A DNA stretch of 64,000 nt from Chamaesiphon sp. (GCA_965246715.1 CBDFFH010000012.1:32001-96000); one strand, 5' to 3'; shown: positions 29,778 to 41,700, numbered from the stretch's first letter. Notes: a model not told the origin generated them from the letters alone. Numbers and translations are program-made.

Positions 29778-32700
29778 ATGTCGCTTGCCAATAACCCTAT
29801 TGCCATCCCCTCACTTGCAGAAATCATCGATCGATCGCCACTCACCGTCGATGCCGATCTGCCAGTTGCGGCGGCGCTGGCATTGATGAGTCAAGCGCAA
29901 GGCAATCATTGTGAATCAATAGCTGCGGGGACTGCTGCGCTGGCGGAGCCAAACTATATTCGGCGGCATAGCTGTGTACTGGTGACTGAGGGCAGGGAAT
30001 TATGTGGCATCCTCACCGAGCGAGATATTGTTAGAATGACTGCCCAGCAGCAAGATTTAACAACCACCCGCGTGGGCGAGGTGATGACGCGACAACTCGT
30101 GACGCTGACTCAATCGCCAGCCCAATCGGCATTAACAGTCCTACCGCTATTTCTTCAATATCGGATTCGACACCTGCCCATTGTCGATGAATTGGGTCAT
30201 CTGGTCGGCATCATTACAGCAGATTTGCTTCGCCAGATTTTACAACCTGCGAATCTGCTCAAGCTGAGATCGATTGAAGAGGTAATGACTAGATCCGTCA
30301 TTCATGCCCCTGCAACTGCTTCGGCATTCACCATCGCTTGCCAAATGGCAACTCACCGCGTTAGTTGTGTGGTCGTTACGGCTGAAACTCCGGGAGCGTC
30401 ATCGACGCTCCAACCGATTGGCATGATTACCGAGCGCGATATCGTCCAGTTTCAAGCATTAGGCATCGATCTCGATCGCACACTGGCTATTGAGGTGATG
30501 AGTTCGCCCGCTTTCTGCTTGCAACCGGAAGAATCGCTGTGGCGCGCCCAACAGGAAATGAATGCGCGCCAGATCGGTCGCATCGTTGTCACCGATCTCC
30601 AAGGGCAAATGTTGGGCATCGTAACTCAAACAAGTTTATTACAACCGCTCGATCCGATCGAAATGTTAGGGATGGTCGAGATTTTACATCAGCAAGTGCA
30701 AGTGCAAACTGCCACTTTAGAGCAGACCAATCGGGAATTACGCGCCGCGATCGAACGTCAGCAGCAAACTGAGGACGAACTGCGTCGCGCGAACCAGCGC
30801 CTAGAGCAAGTTATTACCGAGCGTACTGGGGCATTATCACAATCCGGCATCCAGCAACAGCAAGTTGAAGGTGCGTTGCAAAGCATGCTCAAATTATTAG
30901 AGTTTCAAAAATATGCACTCGATCGGGCGGCGATTGTAGCAATTACAGATCGAGCTGGCCTAATCACCTATGTTAACGACCAATTCTGTCAGATTTCCCA
31001 ATATACTTCAGCAGAATTAGTCGGACAAACTCACCAGATTATTAATTCCGGCTATCACCCACCCGAATTTTTTCAAACTCTCTGGCAGACGATTACGCGC
31101 GGTGAAGTGTGGCGCGGTGAAATTTGCAATCGGGCTAAAGATGGCAGCTTATATTGGGTTGCTACGACGATCGTGCCCTATTTAGACGAGCGGGGGGTTC
31201 CGTTCCAATATTTGACAATTCGCTTTGATATTACCACTCGTAAGTCTACCGAAAATGCCCTCCGGCGGAGCGAACAGAAATTTCGGGCAATTTTTGACGG
31301 TACCTTTCAGTTTGTCGGACTGCTCGATACTAATGGGATTTTGCTAGAAGGCAATCGCACCGCCTTAAATGCGATCGGTGTTACTAGTGAAGAGGTCATG
31401 GGTCAACTCTTCTGGGAAACGCCCTGGTGGACTCATTCGCCCGCGCTCCAACTTCAACTCAAGCAAGCCATTGCCCAAGCCGCCACCGGTCAGCTTGTCA
31501 GGTTTGAAGCCAAACATTTCTTAGCCGACGGCAGCTACATTACCGTCGATTTTTCGCTCAGTCCGATTTTCGATGAAACTGGCAAAGTTGTCATGTTGAT
31601 TCCCGAAGGACGGGATATCAGCGATCGCAAAGCCGCCGAACTGCAAATCCGCGAGCAAGCGACATTACTCGATATCTCTACCGATGCCATTTTTGTGCGC
31701 GATCTGGACGCTCGAATTCGGTTTTGGAACAAGGGTGCAGAACGGATCTATGGCTGGAGCGCTGCCGAAGCAATCGATCGAGATGCTAACTTGCTATTAT
31801 ATTTAGACCCACCACCAGTCGCCGCCACCGCATTAGCAACGGTGCTACAACAAGGCGAATGGCAAGGCGAATTACAAAAAGTTACCAAACAGGGGCAAAT
31901 AGCGATCGCTTACAGCCGGTGGACGCTGGTGCGCGACGAGGACGGTAATCCCAAAGAAATCTTGATTGTCGATACCGACATCACAGATCGGAAGCAACTC
32001 GAGGCGCAGTTTCTCCGCGCCCAACGCTTAGAAAGTCTCGGTACCCTTGCCAGTGGCATCGCCCACGATATGAATAATATCTTGACACCGATTTTGGCTG
32101 CTGCGCAACTGTTACCCTTACGACTGAAAAATCTCGACGATCGCACCAAATCACTGTTACAAATGTTGGAAGAGAGCGCCAAGCGCGGTACCCATTTAGT
32201 CGGGCAGATTTTGTCGTTCGCCCGTGGTTCGGATGGTGCCCGCACTTCAGTTCAAATCCGACATATTCTGTCGGAAGTGGTACGGGTAGCACGCCAAACT
32301 TTTCCGAAATCGATCGAGATTTCGCTCAATCTAGCAACAGTCGATCTGTGGCCGATCTCTGGCGATGCCACCCAGTTACAACAAGTGTTGATGAACCTCA
32401 TGGTCAATGCCCGCGATGCAATGCCAGCTGGTGGCACCCTAAGTATTGCTGCGGAAAATCTCATCCTCGATGAGCACTACCTCACGCTGAATATCGACGC
32501 AAGAGTCAGTCCCTATGTCATGCTGACGATCTCCGACACTGGCACTGGGATCCCGCCAGAGATTTTAGAACGCATTTTCGAGCCTTTTTTCACCACCAAA
32601 GAACCAGGGAAAGGAACGGGGTTAGGATTATCGACAACTTTGGGGATCGTCAAAAGTCATGGCGGTTTTGTAAATACTTATAGCGATCTCGGCAAAGGCA

Positions 32701-33167
32701 CTTGCTTTAAGATTTATCTCCCAGCCGAAGCCACCGCTGAAACCGAAATCGCCATCGATACTCGAGAATTACCGCTCGGCAATGGTGAATTAGTGCTGGT
32801 AGCGGATGATGAAATATCGGTGCGTGAAATTATTAAGGCATCGCTCGAAGCTTATAATTATCAAGTAATTACCGCCACCGATGGGATCGAAGCAATCGCG
32901 ATCTACGCTCAACGTCAAGCTGAGATTAAAGTCGTGCTGCTCGACTTAATGATGCCAGTATTAGATAGTGCCTCTACCATTCGGGCGCTGCAAAGAATCG
33001 ATCCAGATATATCGATTGTAGTTATGAGCGGACTTGCTGAAAACGAGCCGATTAAAAACATGAGCGATGTCAACGTGCAAGCATTTTTGGCTAAACCATT
33101 TACCTCTCAAGCATTACTCCAGACTTTACATCGGTTACAAACTACTTTACCTGGTAGAGCGAATTGA
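29778..33167 (+). CDS. Hybrid histidine kinase: 4xCBS - coiled coil - 3xPAS - HisKA - HATPase - REC
   Basis: GILTERD and GMITERD (CBS), PAS/PAC motifs, GIAHDMNN, NARDAM, GKGTGLGL, LDLMMP. Confidence 0.93.
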   Translation: MSLANNPIAIPSLAEIIDRSPLTVDADLPVAAALALMSQAQGNHCESIAAGTAALAEPNYIRRHSCVLVTEGRELCGILTERDIVRMTAQQQDLTTTRVGEVMTRQLVTLTQSPAQSALTVLPLFLQYRIRHLPIVDELGHLVGIITADLLRQILQPANLLKLRSIEEVMTRSVIHAPATASAFTIACQMATHRVSCVVVTAETPGASSTLQPIGMITERDIVQFQALGIDLDRTLAIEVMSSPAFCLQPEESLWRAQQEMNARQIGRIVVTDLQGQMLGIVTQTSLLQPLDPIEMLGMVEILHQQVQVQTATLEQTNRELRAAIERQQQTEDELRRANQRLEQVITERTGALSQSGIQQQQVEGALQSMLKLLEFQKYALDRAAIVAITDRAGLITYVNDQFCQISQYTSAELVGQTHQIINSGYHPPEFFQTLWQTITRGEVWRGEICNRAKDGSLYWVATTIVPYLDERGVPFQYLTIRFDITTRKSTENALRRSEQKFRAIFDGTFQFVGLLDTNGILLEGNRTALNAIGVTSEEVMGQLFWETPWWTHSPALQLQLKQAIAQAATGQLVRFEAKHFLADGSYITVDFSLSPIFDETGKVVMLIPEGRDISDRKAAELQIREQATLLDISTDAIFVRDLDARIRFWNKGAERIYGWSAAEAIDRDANLLLYLDPPPVAATALATVLQQGEWQGELQKVTKQGQIAIAYSRWTLVRDEDGNPKEILIVDTDITDRKQLEAQFLRAQRLESLGTLASGIAHDMNNILTPILAAAQLLPLRLKNLDDRTKSLLQMLEESAKRGTHLVGQILSFARGSDGARTSVQIRHILSEVVRVARQTFPKSIEISLNLATVDLWPISGDATQLQQVLMNLMVNARDAMPAGGTLSIAAENLILDEHYLTLNIDARVSPYVMLTISDTGTGIPPEILERIFEPFFTTKEPGKGTGLGLSTTLGIVKSHGGFVNTYSDLGKGTCFKIYLPAEATAETEIAIDTRELPLGNGELVLVADDEISVREIIKASLEAYNYQVITATDGIEAIAIYAQRQAEIKVVLLDLMMPVLDSASTIRALQRIDPDISIVVMSGLAENEPIKNMSDVNVQAFLAKPFTSQALLQTLHRLQTTLPGRAN

Positions 33168-33335
33168 GTTAAGCTAAATAAGTACCGGATCGCACCGATC
33201 GAATAGTAAGATAAATGTCGATATATTTTAGATGAATATATTTACCCGATCGCTCAGCCTCAAGCTTTTTAAACGGTAGAATTAAGATTTCATCGATTTA
33301 ATATAATTTAATATTATTGAGCTTATACTTTAGTC

Positions 33336-33938
33336 ATGACAGTAGATTCAGGTCGATGGAAAACTGCTAGCTTTAAGATCGAAGAAACCCGCTGGAATGA
33401 TTTTGTCAGAGCAGCTCATCAAAACGGATCGACTGCTACCAGTGTGCTTGAAGCATTAATCGAACGGTATATTGCTGGCGAGTATCCACTTATTATACCC
33501 GATCGAGCCAAAGTACCTGCATCAACAGATGTTGATGCACCAGAGAGTCTACCAAACTTAATGGGTATTCACGTCCTCGTGCTCGATGATGAAATTAATA
33601 TTCGGACATCGATTTCTTCGATTCTCGAACATTTTGGGGCAGAAGTCACAGCAGTTGCTGCTCCGTCGATCGCACTGCAAACATTGCAAGCCGCTCCGCA
33701 AAAGTATCAGGCGCTAATCTCAGACATTGGGATGCCAGAGCAAGATGGTTGGTCGTTTATTCGCCAAGTCAGAGCATTGAGTCCCGAACTCGGCGGCGAA
33801 ATTCCCGCCGCTGCGCTGACGACTTACTCCAGCCCCAGAGAAATCGATATCGCTAAACGCCTCGGATTTCAAGTCCATATTGCCAAACCGATCGATGCTA
33901 CTCTATTGGCATCGATCGTGGCGGATCTGGTCAAGTAA
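33336..33938 (+). CDS. Response regulator with N-terminal ribbon-helix-helix-like segment
   Basis: TASFKIEETRWNDFVRAAHQNGSTATSVLEALIERYI, then a receiver domain (VLDDE, SDIGMP, AKP). Confidence 0.8.
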   Translation: MTVDSGRWKTASFKIEETRWNDFVRAAHQNGSTATSVLEALIERYIAGEYPLIIPDRAKVPASTDVDAPESLPNLMGIHVLVLDDEINIRTSISSILEHFGAEVTAVAAPSIALQTLQAAPQKYQALISDIGMPEQDGWSFIRQVRALSPELGGEIPAAALTTYSSPREIDIAKRLGFQVHIAKPIDATLLASIVADLVK

Positions 33939-34125
33939 TGAGAGTAGCACTGACACTGTGCCGGAGGATAGCGATCTCGAACAAAGAGTGACAAGCTAGG
34001 GATACTCTCTCCAAACTACCGATCGATCGATTTTTTATCCCGACAGCCTGTATTTATCCTTGAATTTATAAGGTGATACTCGATCTGTAATAGATAGATC
34101 GAAAGCTTGTGCGATAGGCTGGGCA

Positions 34126-36405
34126 ATGAAACCACAAGAACTAGACCAGTTAATTATCAAAGTCAAACGAGAAGGCGGAACAAAGCTCGACCTCAAAAAT
34201 AAGAAGCTAAAAGTTCTACCAGAAAGCATTGGAGATCTCACAGATCTGACTGAGTTGGATCTGAGTAATAATCAACTGACTGCCTTACCAAAAAGTATCT
34301 GTCGGTTGACTAATCTTACTGTTTTAAATCTATATAAAAATAAACTAACCTTTCTCCCGCATCATATTGGCAACCTAAACAAACTCAAGGTTCTGAATTT
34401 ATATATAAATCCCCTAATAACTTTACCAGACAGCATCGGCGATCTAATTTTATTGACAAAGCTCGAATTAGGGCAAGATCGCGGAAGTCTATCGAGCTTA
34501 CCAGATAGTATCGGGAACTTGACTAATCTAACTAAGCTGAATTTAAGTAGAGGAAAGCTCACTAAGTTACCCAGAAGTATTGGCAATCTTGTCAATCTCC
34601 AATTTCTAGATCTTAGTAAAAATAGATTGACTGAACTACCAGAGAGCATCGGTAATCTTGTCAATCTCCAATTTCTAGATCTTAGTAAAAATAGATTGAC
34701 TGAACTACCAGAGAGCATCGGTAATCTTGTCAAATTGCACTACCTAGATCTTCGCAAAAATCGATTGACTAAGCTACCGAAAAGCATCGCCAACCTTCGC
34801 GAACTATATATGCTATTTTTGACAAATAACAATTTAACAGATCTTTCTGTCTTTAAAGGATTATCTGATTTAACAAGAATATGGTTTTTTGGAGAACAAA
34901 TTTCAGGCTATCATCTAACCAAGTTGAGTGACTGGGGATCTAAATGGCCGCTTCATAATAATTGTATTGTTGTCAAACGTTATCTACTCAAGCAACTAGG
35001 ACTCGATCGTATCTTGCATGACTTAGCATCAGTTTCAGTACCGTTTGAACTAGATTTGAGTAAGCTCGATCTAACTACTATTTCAGATTGCATCGGCAAC
35101 TTAACTAACATAACTCATCTGGATTTAAGTCAGAATAAGTTAGTTAGACTACCAGACAGCATTGGCAAATTAGCGAATCTAACTCGGCTCGATCTAAAAT
35201 ACAATAAATTAACCTCTTTGCCAGATGGTATTGGCTCTCTCATTAATTTAACCGATCTAAATACCGATTACAATCATCTAAAAACTTTGCCAGACAGTAT
35301 TACCAATCTTATTGATTTAGTATCGCTAACTCTGGGTAATAATCAGATTTACGAGCTACCAGTTGAATTTGGCAATCTCACAAAATTAACCGAACTTAAT
35401 TTGTATAATAATAATTTGACTATATTACCCGAACGATTTGGCAATCTCACAAATTTAAGAAAATTAGATCTTAGATATAATAAGTTAACTGAGCTACCAG
35501 ATAGTATTAGCGATCTGACCGATCTAAGCACACTAGAGCTACGTCATAATCTACTGAATTGTCTACCTGAAACGCTAGGTAGCATGACTAAACTAGAAAA
35601 GATAGATCTTGGAGAGAATAATATAGCTTTTCTTCCGCATACTATTGGAAATATGAGCAGCCTGAGTGAATTGATTCTTTGGAATAATAAGTTGAGTGCA
35701 TTGCCAGATAGTATTGGTGGTATGTCTATGCTGTCTAAACTATATCTTGGCGGAAATAACCTAACTTGTTTGCCAAATTACATTAGTAACTTGATCGATT
35801 TAAATAAATTATATCTTGGAAACAATGCTTTTACTTTCTTTCCAGATTGTATTAGTAATCTAATTAATTTGAACGATTTAGATCTTAGAAATAATCAATT
35901 GACATGTCTGCCAACTAGCTTGGCGAGAAATACAAACCTTCATGTAATTGACCTAGCGGGTAATCCATTAACAGACTTATCAACATTGAAATTAATTCCT
36001 GGATTAACAAGAGTTAGTTTTAGAGGTGCATTCGATCTCCCTCATAAATTCTGGACTAAATTTAGTGAGTGGGAGCCTAAATGGTTATTGGAGGAGATTA
36101 ACGTAGAGATTAGGCGCATATTAATTCAAGAGGTAGGTTATGAGAAAATTTGCCAAGAACTAAATGCGATCGAACTCGATTGCTGGCGAGAATATACACT
36201 GCTAAAAATCGAGGATGCCGATCGAGTATTCGAGCGAGATTTGCGCGAAAATATCTGGCAACCGCTGGTATTACTCAAGATGACTTGTCCATCGACGGGA
36301 CACATTCATATTCTGCGCGTACCGCCAGAGATGACGAGTGCAGAGGCGGCGATTACTTGGGTAAATCATGGCATTCATCCCGATGAATTTGCGATCGCAA
36401 CTTAA
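34126..36405 (+). CDS. Leucine-rich repeat protein with C-terminal DUF6745-like domain
   Basis: 23-aa LRR units LP.SIG.L..L..L.L..N.L; C-terminal LLKMTCPSTG..H.LRVPP...SA..AI.W. Confidence 0.9.
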   Translation: MKPQELDQLIIKVKREGGTKLDLKNKKLKVLPESIGDLTDLTELDLSNNQLTALPKSICRLTNLTVLNLYKNKLTFLPHHIGNLNKLKVLNLYINPLITLPDSIGDLILLTKLELGQDRGSLSSLPDSIGNLTNLTKLNLSRGKLTKLPRSIGNLVNLQFLDLSKNRLTELPESIGNLVNLQFLDLSKNRLTELPESIGNLVKLHYLDLRKNRLTKLPKSIANLRELYMLFLTNNNLTDLSVFKGLSDLTRIWFFGEQISGYHLTKLSDWGSKWPLHNNCIVVKRYLLKQLGLDRILHDLASVSVPFELDLSKLDLTTISDCIGNLTNITHLDLSQNKLVRLPDSIGKLANLTRLDLKYNKLTSLPDGIGSLINLTDLNTDYNHLKTLPDSITNLIDLVSLTLGNNQIYELPVEFGNLTKLTELNLYNNNLTILPERFGNLTNLRKLDLRYNKLTELPDSISDLTDLSTLELRHNLLNCLPETLGSMTKLEKIDLGENNIAFLPHTIGNMSSLSELILWNNKLSALPDSIGGMSMLSKLYLGGNNLTCLPNYISNLIDLNKLYLGNNAFTFFPDCISNLINLNDLDLRNNQLTCLPTSLARNTNLHVIDLAGNPLTDLSTLKLIPGLTRVSFRGAFDLPHKFWTKFSEWEPKWLLEEINVEIRRILIQEVGYEKICQELNAIELDCWREYTLLKIEDADRVFERDLRENIWQPLVLLKMTCPSTGHIHILRVPPEMTSAEAAITWVNHGIHPDEFAIAT
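34585..34722 (+). repeat. Exact 69-bp tandem duplication (one LRR unit)
   Basis: 34585-34653 is identical to 34654-34722. Confidence 0.9.
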
Positions 36406-36473
36406 GCCAGATATAGACTTGTCACACTGCTGGATCGATCGCTTATGATGGTAATCATCGAATCGCCACATAA

Positions 36474-37109
36474 ATGGGCATAGTTTCTATGGTTTCGGTC
36501 ATTAATCCCGCATCACTCTCTGTAGATAGTTTTATTGCTACTTATTTAGAAGACGATCGCTATGAATTAATCGATGGAGAATTAATTGATTTGGAGCCAA
36601 CAGGTTTACACGAGCAAGTGGCGGGGTTTGTTGCGAGGAAGCTAAATGTTGAGATCGATAGGCTCGATTTACCGTGGTTGATTCCAATGAAATGTTTGAT
36701 TAGACCTGCGAGTCTCAATTCAGCCTTTAGACCGGATCTTATCGTCTTAGATAGCGATGCTTTAGCTACAGAACCCCGTTGGATTAGTGAGCCTGTTATC
36801 AGCTCTGGGAATTCGATAAAATTAGTAGTAGAGGTAGTCAGTACCAATTGGCAAAATGACTACGCTCGGAAAGTGGAAGAGTATGAAGCGGTAGGAATTC
36901 CGGAATATTGGATTGTAGACTATCTGGGCTTGGGTGGAAAACGCTATATCGGTACGCCCAAACAGCCAATAATAACGATTTATAATGCGATCGATGGTGA
37001 ATATCAAGGCAAACAATATCGCGATGACGATCGATTAATTTCAAAGATTTTCCCCGATTTAGTTCTATCAGCTAGCCAAGTATTTGCCGCAGGTAAAGTG
37101 AAAAATTAG
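36474..37109 (+). CDS. Uma2 family endonuclease
   Basis: RYELIDGEL, RPDLIVLD, VVEVVSTNW and GIPEYWIVD motifs. Confidence 0.92.
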   Translation: MGIVSMVSVINPASLSVDSFIATYLEDDRYELIDGELIDLEPTGLHEQVAGFVARKLNVEIDRLDLPWLIPMKCLIRPASLNSAFRPDLIVLDSDALATEPRWISEPVISSGNSIKLVVEVVSTNWQNDYARKVEEYEAVGIPEYWIVDYLGLGGKRYIGTPKQPIITIYNAIDGEYQGKQYRDDDRLISKIFPDLVLSASQVFAAGKVKN

Positions 37110-37192
37110 TTGTTACTCTAGCGATCGGGAGATCTGCGATCGAGTGATTCAGTGTTAGCTTAGTTGCAAGTCTAGCCAATAAGACTAATCTC

Positions 37193-38434
37193 ATGAAAAT
37201 CCTCATATTAAATGCTGGCTCTAGCAGTCAGAAAAGTTGTCTGTACGAAATAGAAGGCGATAATCTACCCGTCGATCCACCAGAACCCTTGTGGCAAGCG
37301 CAGATCGACTGGAACGAGCGGGAAGGATCTGCCGATCTCAAGGTAACAACCGATCGTGGTGAAACACGGCACGAAACCTTTCCCTCCACCTCAAAATTAG
37401 ACGATACGATTAAGGCTGTAGAAACCCTGTGGAGCGGTCGCACGGGATCGATCGAAAATCCGGATGAAATCGATATCGTCGGGCATCGTGTAGTGCATGG
37501 GGGCGAGAAATATCGACAGAGTACTTGGATAACTGCTGATGTCAAAGCAGAGATCGATCGATCGGCGACGTTTGCACCCGCACACAATCCGGTAAATCTG
37601 GCCGGAATCAATGCGATCGAGCGGGTTTTGGGTGCGGATATGCCGCAAGTTGCGATGTTCGATACGGCTTTTCATGCCACTTTACCGCCTGCGGCGTATG
37701 TGTACCCAGGAGCTTATGAATGGTTGGAGCAGGGAATTCGGCGGTATGGGTTTCATGGGATCGGACAGCAATATTCGGCAGGACGCGCGGCGCGGATTTT
37801 AGGGCGAGATTTAACATCGCTCAAAACGATCGTCTGTCACTTGGGCAATGGTTGCTCGTTGGCGGCGATTCGCGATGGGGTGAGTATCGATACGACGATG
37901 GGGTTTACGCCGCTAGAAGGCTTGATGATGGGCAGTAGATCGGGTTCGATCGATCCGGGGATTTTAGTTCACTTGCTGCGGCATACAGGCATCACTGTAG
38001 ATGAGTTGGATCGGCTGCTCAACAAGGAGTCCGGGCTACTAGGGATTTCGGGGGTATCGAATGACATGCGAAAGGTTGTAGCGGCAATGGAGCAGGGCAA
38101 CGAGCGCGCTAAACTAGCGTTCGATATCTTTGTGCATCGATTGCGATCGGGAATTGGGGCGATGTTGGCGAGTTTGGGTGGGTTGGATGTGTTGGTATTT
38201 GGTGCGGGAATTGGGGAGCATTCAGCAGCAATTCGATCGGCTGCATGTGCGGGGTTCGAGTTTTTGGGATTAGCGATCGATGAGGAAAAGAATCATGCCG
38301 ATCCGATCGATCTGGATATTTCGACACCTGAGTCGCAGGTACGGGTGATGGTAATTCATGTCGAAGAGGATTGGGCGATCGCGCGCGAATGTTATCAGAT
38401 TGCAGTCGATCGCCATTTCTTAACTCAATCATAG
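37193..38434 (+). CDS. ackA: Acetate kinase
   Basis: ILNAGSSS, GHRVVHGG, DTAFH, RRYGFHG, HLGNGCS and DTTMGFTPLEG motifs. Confidence 0.96.
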   Translation: MKILILNAGSSSQKSCLYEIEGDNLPVDPPEPLWQAQIDWNEREGSADLKVTTDRGETRHETFPSTSKLDDTIKAVETLWSGRTGSIENPDEIDIVGHRVVHGGEKYRQSTWITADVKAEIDRSATFAPAHNPVNLAGINAIERVLGADMPQVAMFDTAFHATLPPAAYVYPGAYEWLEQGIRRYGFHGIGQQYSAGRAARILGRDLTSLKTIVCHLGNGCSLAAIRDGVSIDTTMGFTPLEGLMMGSRSGSIDPGILVHLLRHTGITVDELDRLLNKESGLLGISGVSNDMRKVVAAMEQGNERAKLAFDIFVHRLRSGIGAMLASLGGLDVLVFGAGIGEHSAAIRSAACAGFEFLGLAIDEEKNHADPIDLDISTPESQVRVMVIHVEEDWAIARECYQIAVDRHFLTQS

Positions 38435-38448
38435 TTATTCCTTAAATT
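38419..38448 (+). promoter_or_regulatory. Possible SphR (Pho) box upstream of the alkaline phosphatase gene
   Basis: CTTAACTC, CATAGTTA and CTTAAATT at 11-bp spacing (38419, 38430, 38441), compared with the YTTAAYYW consensus. Confidence 0.35.
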
Positions 38449-38735
38449 AACGATCGTCTGAAATTCATTTGTTTCTAGTAGACTTGCAAACTATCTAGGT
38501 AAAAATTCATCATTTGTGAATTTTCAGTGAATAACTACCGATCTTTGCCTCAAATCCCTGGTTTCAGCCAGAGTTTGGGGGCAAAGAATGCGATCGAATC
38601 AGCCACATAGCTAAATTTCGATCGACTGTTGTTACAGTTTCATGTTACGGGTCGGCGTTCCGATCGAGTCCGTATGTTCGCTGAAAATATCTCAAAACTG
38701 TATACAACAAACTCAAGATAGAGGAGCAATCGATC

Positions 38736-41700
38736 GTGGCAAAGAATACAATTCTAATGATCGGTGACGGGATGGGCTGGGAAGTAGCTCGTGCTGCCGC
38801 CATTCAAGCACAGATTAACGCTGGTAATAAAGGTAATAAACTCAGTGATTTCTACACCAGCGGCGTAGGTACTGGCTTAAACCTTCAGACCTTAACTGGA
38901 TACGGTTTGGCTACTACTTACGGGACGACAATCGCGGGTGATACTGGGGTATATAGTGATGGGATTAGTGCCTTAACAGGTGGTAACACTACCTCGATTC
39001 CCACGAATAGCACTGCCGAGCGGGCTGGCTTTAGCTTCGATCCGACCTTCAACCCAGGAATTAATGCTAGTGGTGGAGCTAAGGTGGCTGATGGTGTCAA
39101 GGGTAACTTAGTCGGTTACGATCCAGTCAAAGGTGGTGCGACTCCTTGGACACCTGGAACTGACAAAGAATATATCAAATACAGTTATCCAGATTCTGCC
39201 AACACTGCGACAACTCTCTATACGGGCGTAAAAAGTTACAACGGCGCGATCGGGGTAGACATTTTCGAGCAGCCATTAGACGGTGTTTTAGCTCAAGCTG
39301 CAAGATTGGGTAAAGCGACTGGATTGGTAACTTCAGTACCGATCGATCACGCGACTCCGGCTGCTGCTGCTGCCAATGTCAGCAATCGCAATAAATTCGA
39401 CGTTGCTTACCCCGCTCTGGATAATATCCTCCAGCAAGAACTCCGAATCTACCAACCTAACGTTCTCCTCGGTGGCGGGCACCCGCTGTCTAACTCTCCC
39501 ACGCTACTACCTGTAGGTGTCGAGCCAATTCGGGACAATACTTACATCAAACCTGAGACTTACACCGAGCTGAGTACCAAACCAAATGCGACTGGTACCA
39601 ATAGTAATCTCTATGGCTACACCTTCCTAGAGCGGGGCAAGGATGCTGCATCGGTGCTAGCAGCAACAGCCAAAACGATCGATCCCGACAAAGACGGTCA
39701 CTTGCTGGGATTGTATGGTGCCAGAGGTCAAGATGGTAACTTACCAGTCAGCTCGGCAAATGGTGACTACAGCACTACTGGGTTGGGGATGTTCACGATC
39801 AATACCAGCAAAGGGTTGGCACAAGACTTCATTCGTCCGCTGTTACCAGGTGAAACCAATGACTCTTTCATCGCCAAAGAACGTAACGAAAACCCCACCC
39901 TCGACGATCTGACCAAAGCTGCACTGGAAGTCTTGGGCAAAGACAAAGATGGGATGTGGTTGATGATCGAAGGTGGCGATATCGACTGGGCAGAACATGA
40001 CAATAGTATCGATAATGCGATCGGTACCATGTTTGATTTCGACAGAGCAGTCGGTTCGGTGCTCGACTGGATTAGCAAAAATGGTGGCTGGGAGCAGAAC
40101 GAACTGATCGTTACCGCCGACCACGATCACTACTTGACTCTAAATGACAATTTCCCTGAGTTACTACGGACAAAAGGTGCCGAAGCACTGACTGCGGTAG
40201 ATACTACGGCTGAAGCCGGACACTACTGGGGTTCTAAGCCAGATATCATCAAAGTTACCAATGCCACAACTGGTGCAGTAACCGACGATCCCGAATCTGG
40301 TAAATACGGCTGGGGTAATCACTCCAACCGCCCCGTCCCCGTTTACTATCAAGGTGCCAATACTTCAGTATTGTCCACTGATATCGGTAAAGGCTATACC
40401 AACTATGGTGTTAACGTGCCTGGTATCCCTGGTCTAATCGACCAAACGACGATCTACCGCGCTCAAGCTGCTGGTGTCAATAACCTCGCTACCGATACTG
40501 GTGTGTTGACTAACTATGATTGGAGCGATCGTCCGATCTTGGGTACTACGCCTAAATTCAATCCCAAAGATACTAAAGTCACCGTCCCTGGTCAAGATAT
40601 CAAACTGGGTGGATTCTCTGGCTTGCAATTTGAAGGTGTTGCAGCTAACGGTAACTTGAAATTTATCACGCATACCGATCGCGGTCCCAATGCAGCTAAC
40701 GTCGATCTCCTCAAAGATGTCGCTGGCGATGAAAAACCATTTGCCTTACCTAACTTCCAACCAGAGATCGATCGGTTTGAATTAAATGCTGCTACTGGTA
40801 AATTTGCTCTCACCCAACGCATCAAATTAACCGCTCCCGATGGTAAAGCCTTAACTGGTCTACCAAATATTCAAAGTGCAGCTCAAGGTCTAGCTTACAC
40901 CGACGAGGTACCTGTAGACCTATTCGGCAATCGCCTTGCTAACGACCCTCTCGGTGCCGACTTAGAAGGGATCGCCGTTGCGAAAGATGGTACATTCTGG
41001 ATGGTCGATGAATATCGTCCCTCGATCTACCACTTCGATGCCAATGGTAAAATGCTCGAACGGTTGATTCCCAAAGGTACACCCACCGATAACAATAGTT
41101 TCGGTACGCGAGTGTTGCCCGATGTCTACGCTCAACGTCGTGCCAATCGTGGCTTTGAAGGGATCGCATTGGAAGGTACTAAAATCTATGCATTCATGCA
41201 AAGCGGTTTAGACAATCCCGATGTCGCTAACGATGCCAACTCCAAAGCTAGTAGCAACTTGCGGATTTTAGAATACGATACTGCTACCAAAGCAGTCACT
41301 GGCGAGTACATCTACCAACTCAAAGATGTCAAAATCGCTGATAAAATCGGCGATGCTACATCTCTAGGTAATGGCAAATTCCTCGTCGTCGAGCGTGATG
41401 CCGATGCGACTGTCGATTCTTTCAAAGGGATTTTTGAAATCGACATCAGTAAGGCAACTAATGTCAACAATGCCGCTAATCTCACCAAAGTCCCCGCAGG
41501 TAAAACGATCGACCAACTCACCGCTGCTGAGTTAACCACTGCTGGGATTACGACTGTAGACAAGAAGTTAGTCGCTAATGCTTCTACTCTAGGCTATACA
41601 GGTGTTGAGAAGCTCGAAGGTCTGGCATTGCTCGATAGCAAAACGCTAGCGATTATCAACGATAACGATTTTGGTGTGGGTAACGCTACTACTACAGGTG

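Noticed and set aside
34126..36405. Periodic repeats as a CRISPR array or DGR template
   Set aside because: The 69-bp period is coding LRR sequence; there are no spacers, cas genes or reverse transcriptase in the window.
38542..38587. Long imperfect hairpin upstream of the phosphatase gene as a riboswitch
   Set aside because: No recognisable aptamer motif; more simply an ackA terminator or RNA stability stem.
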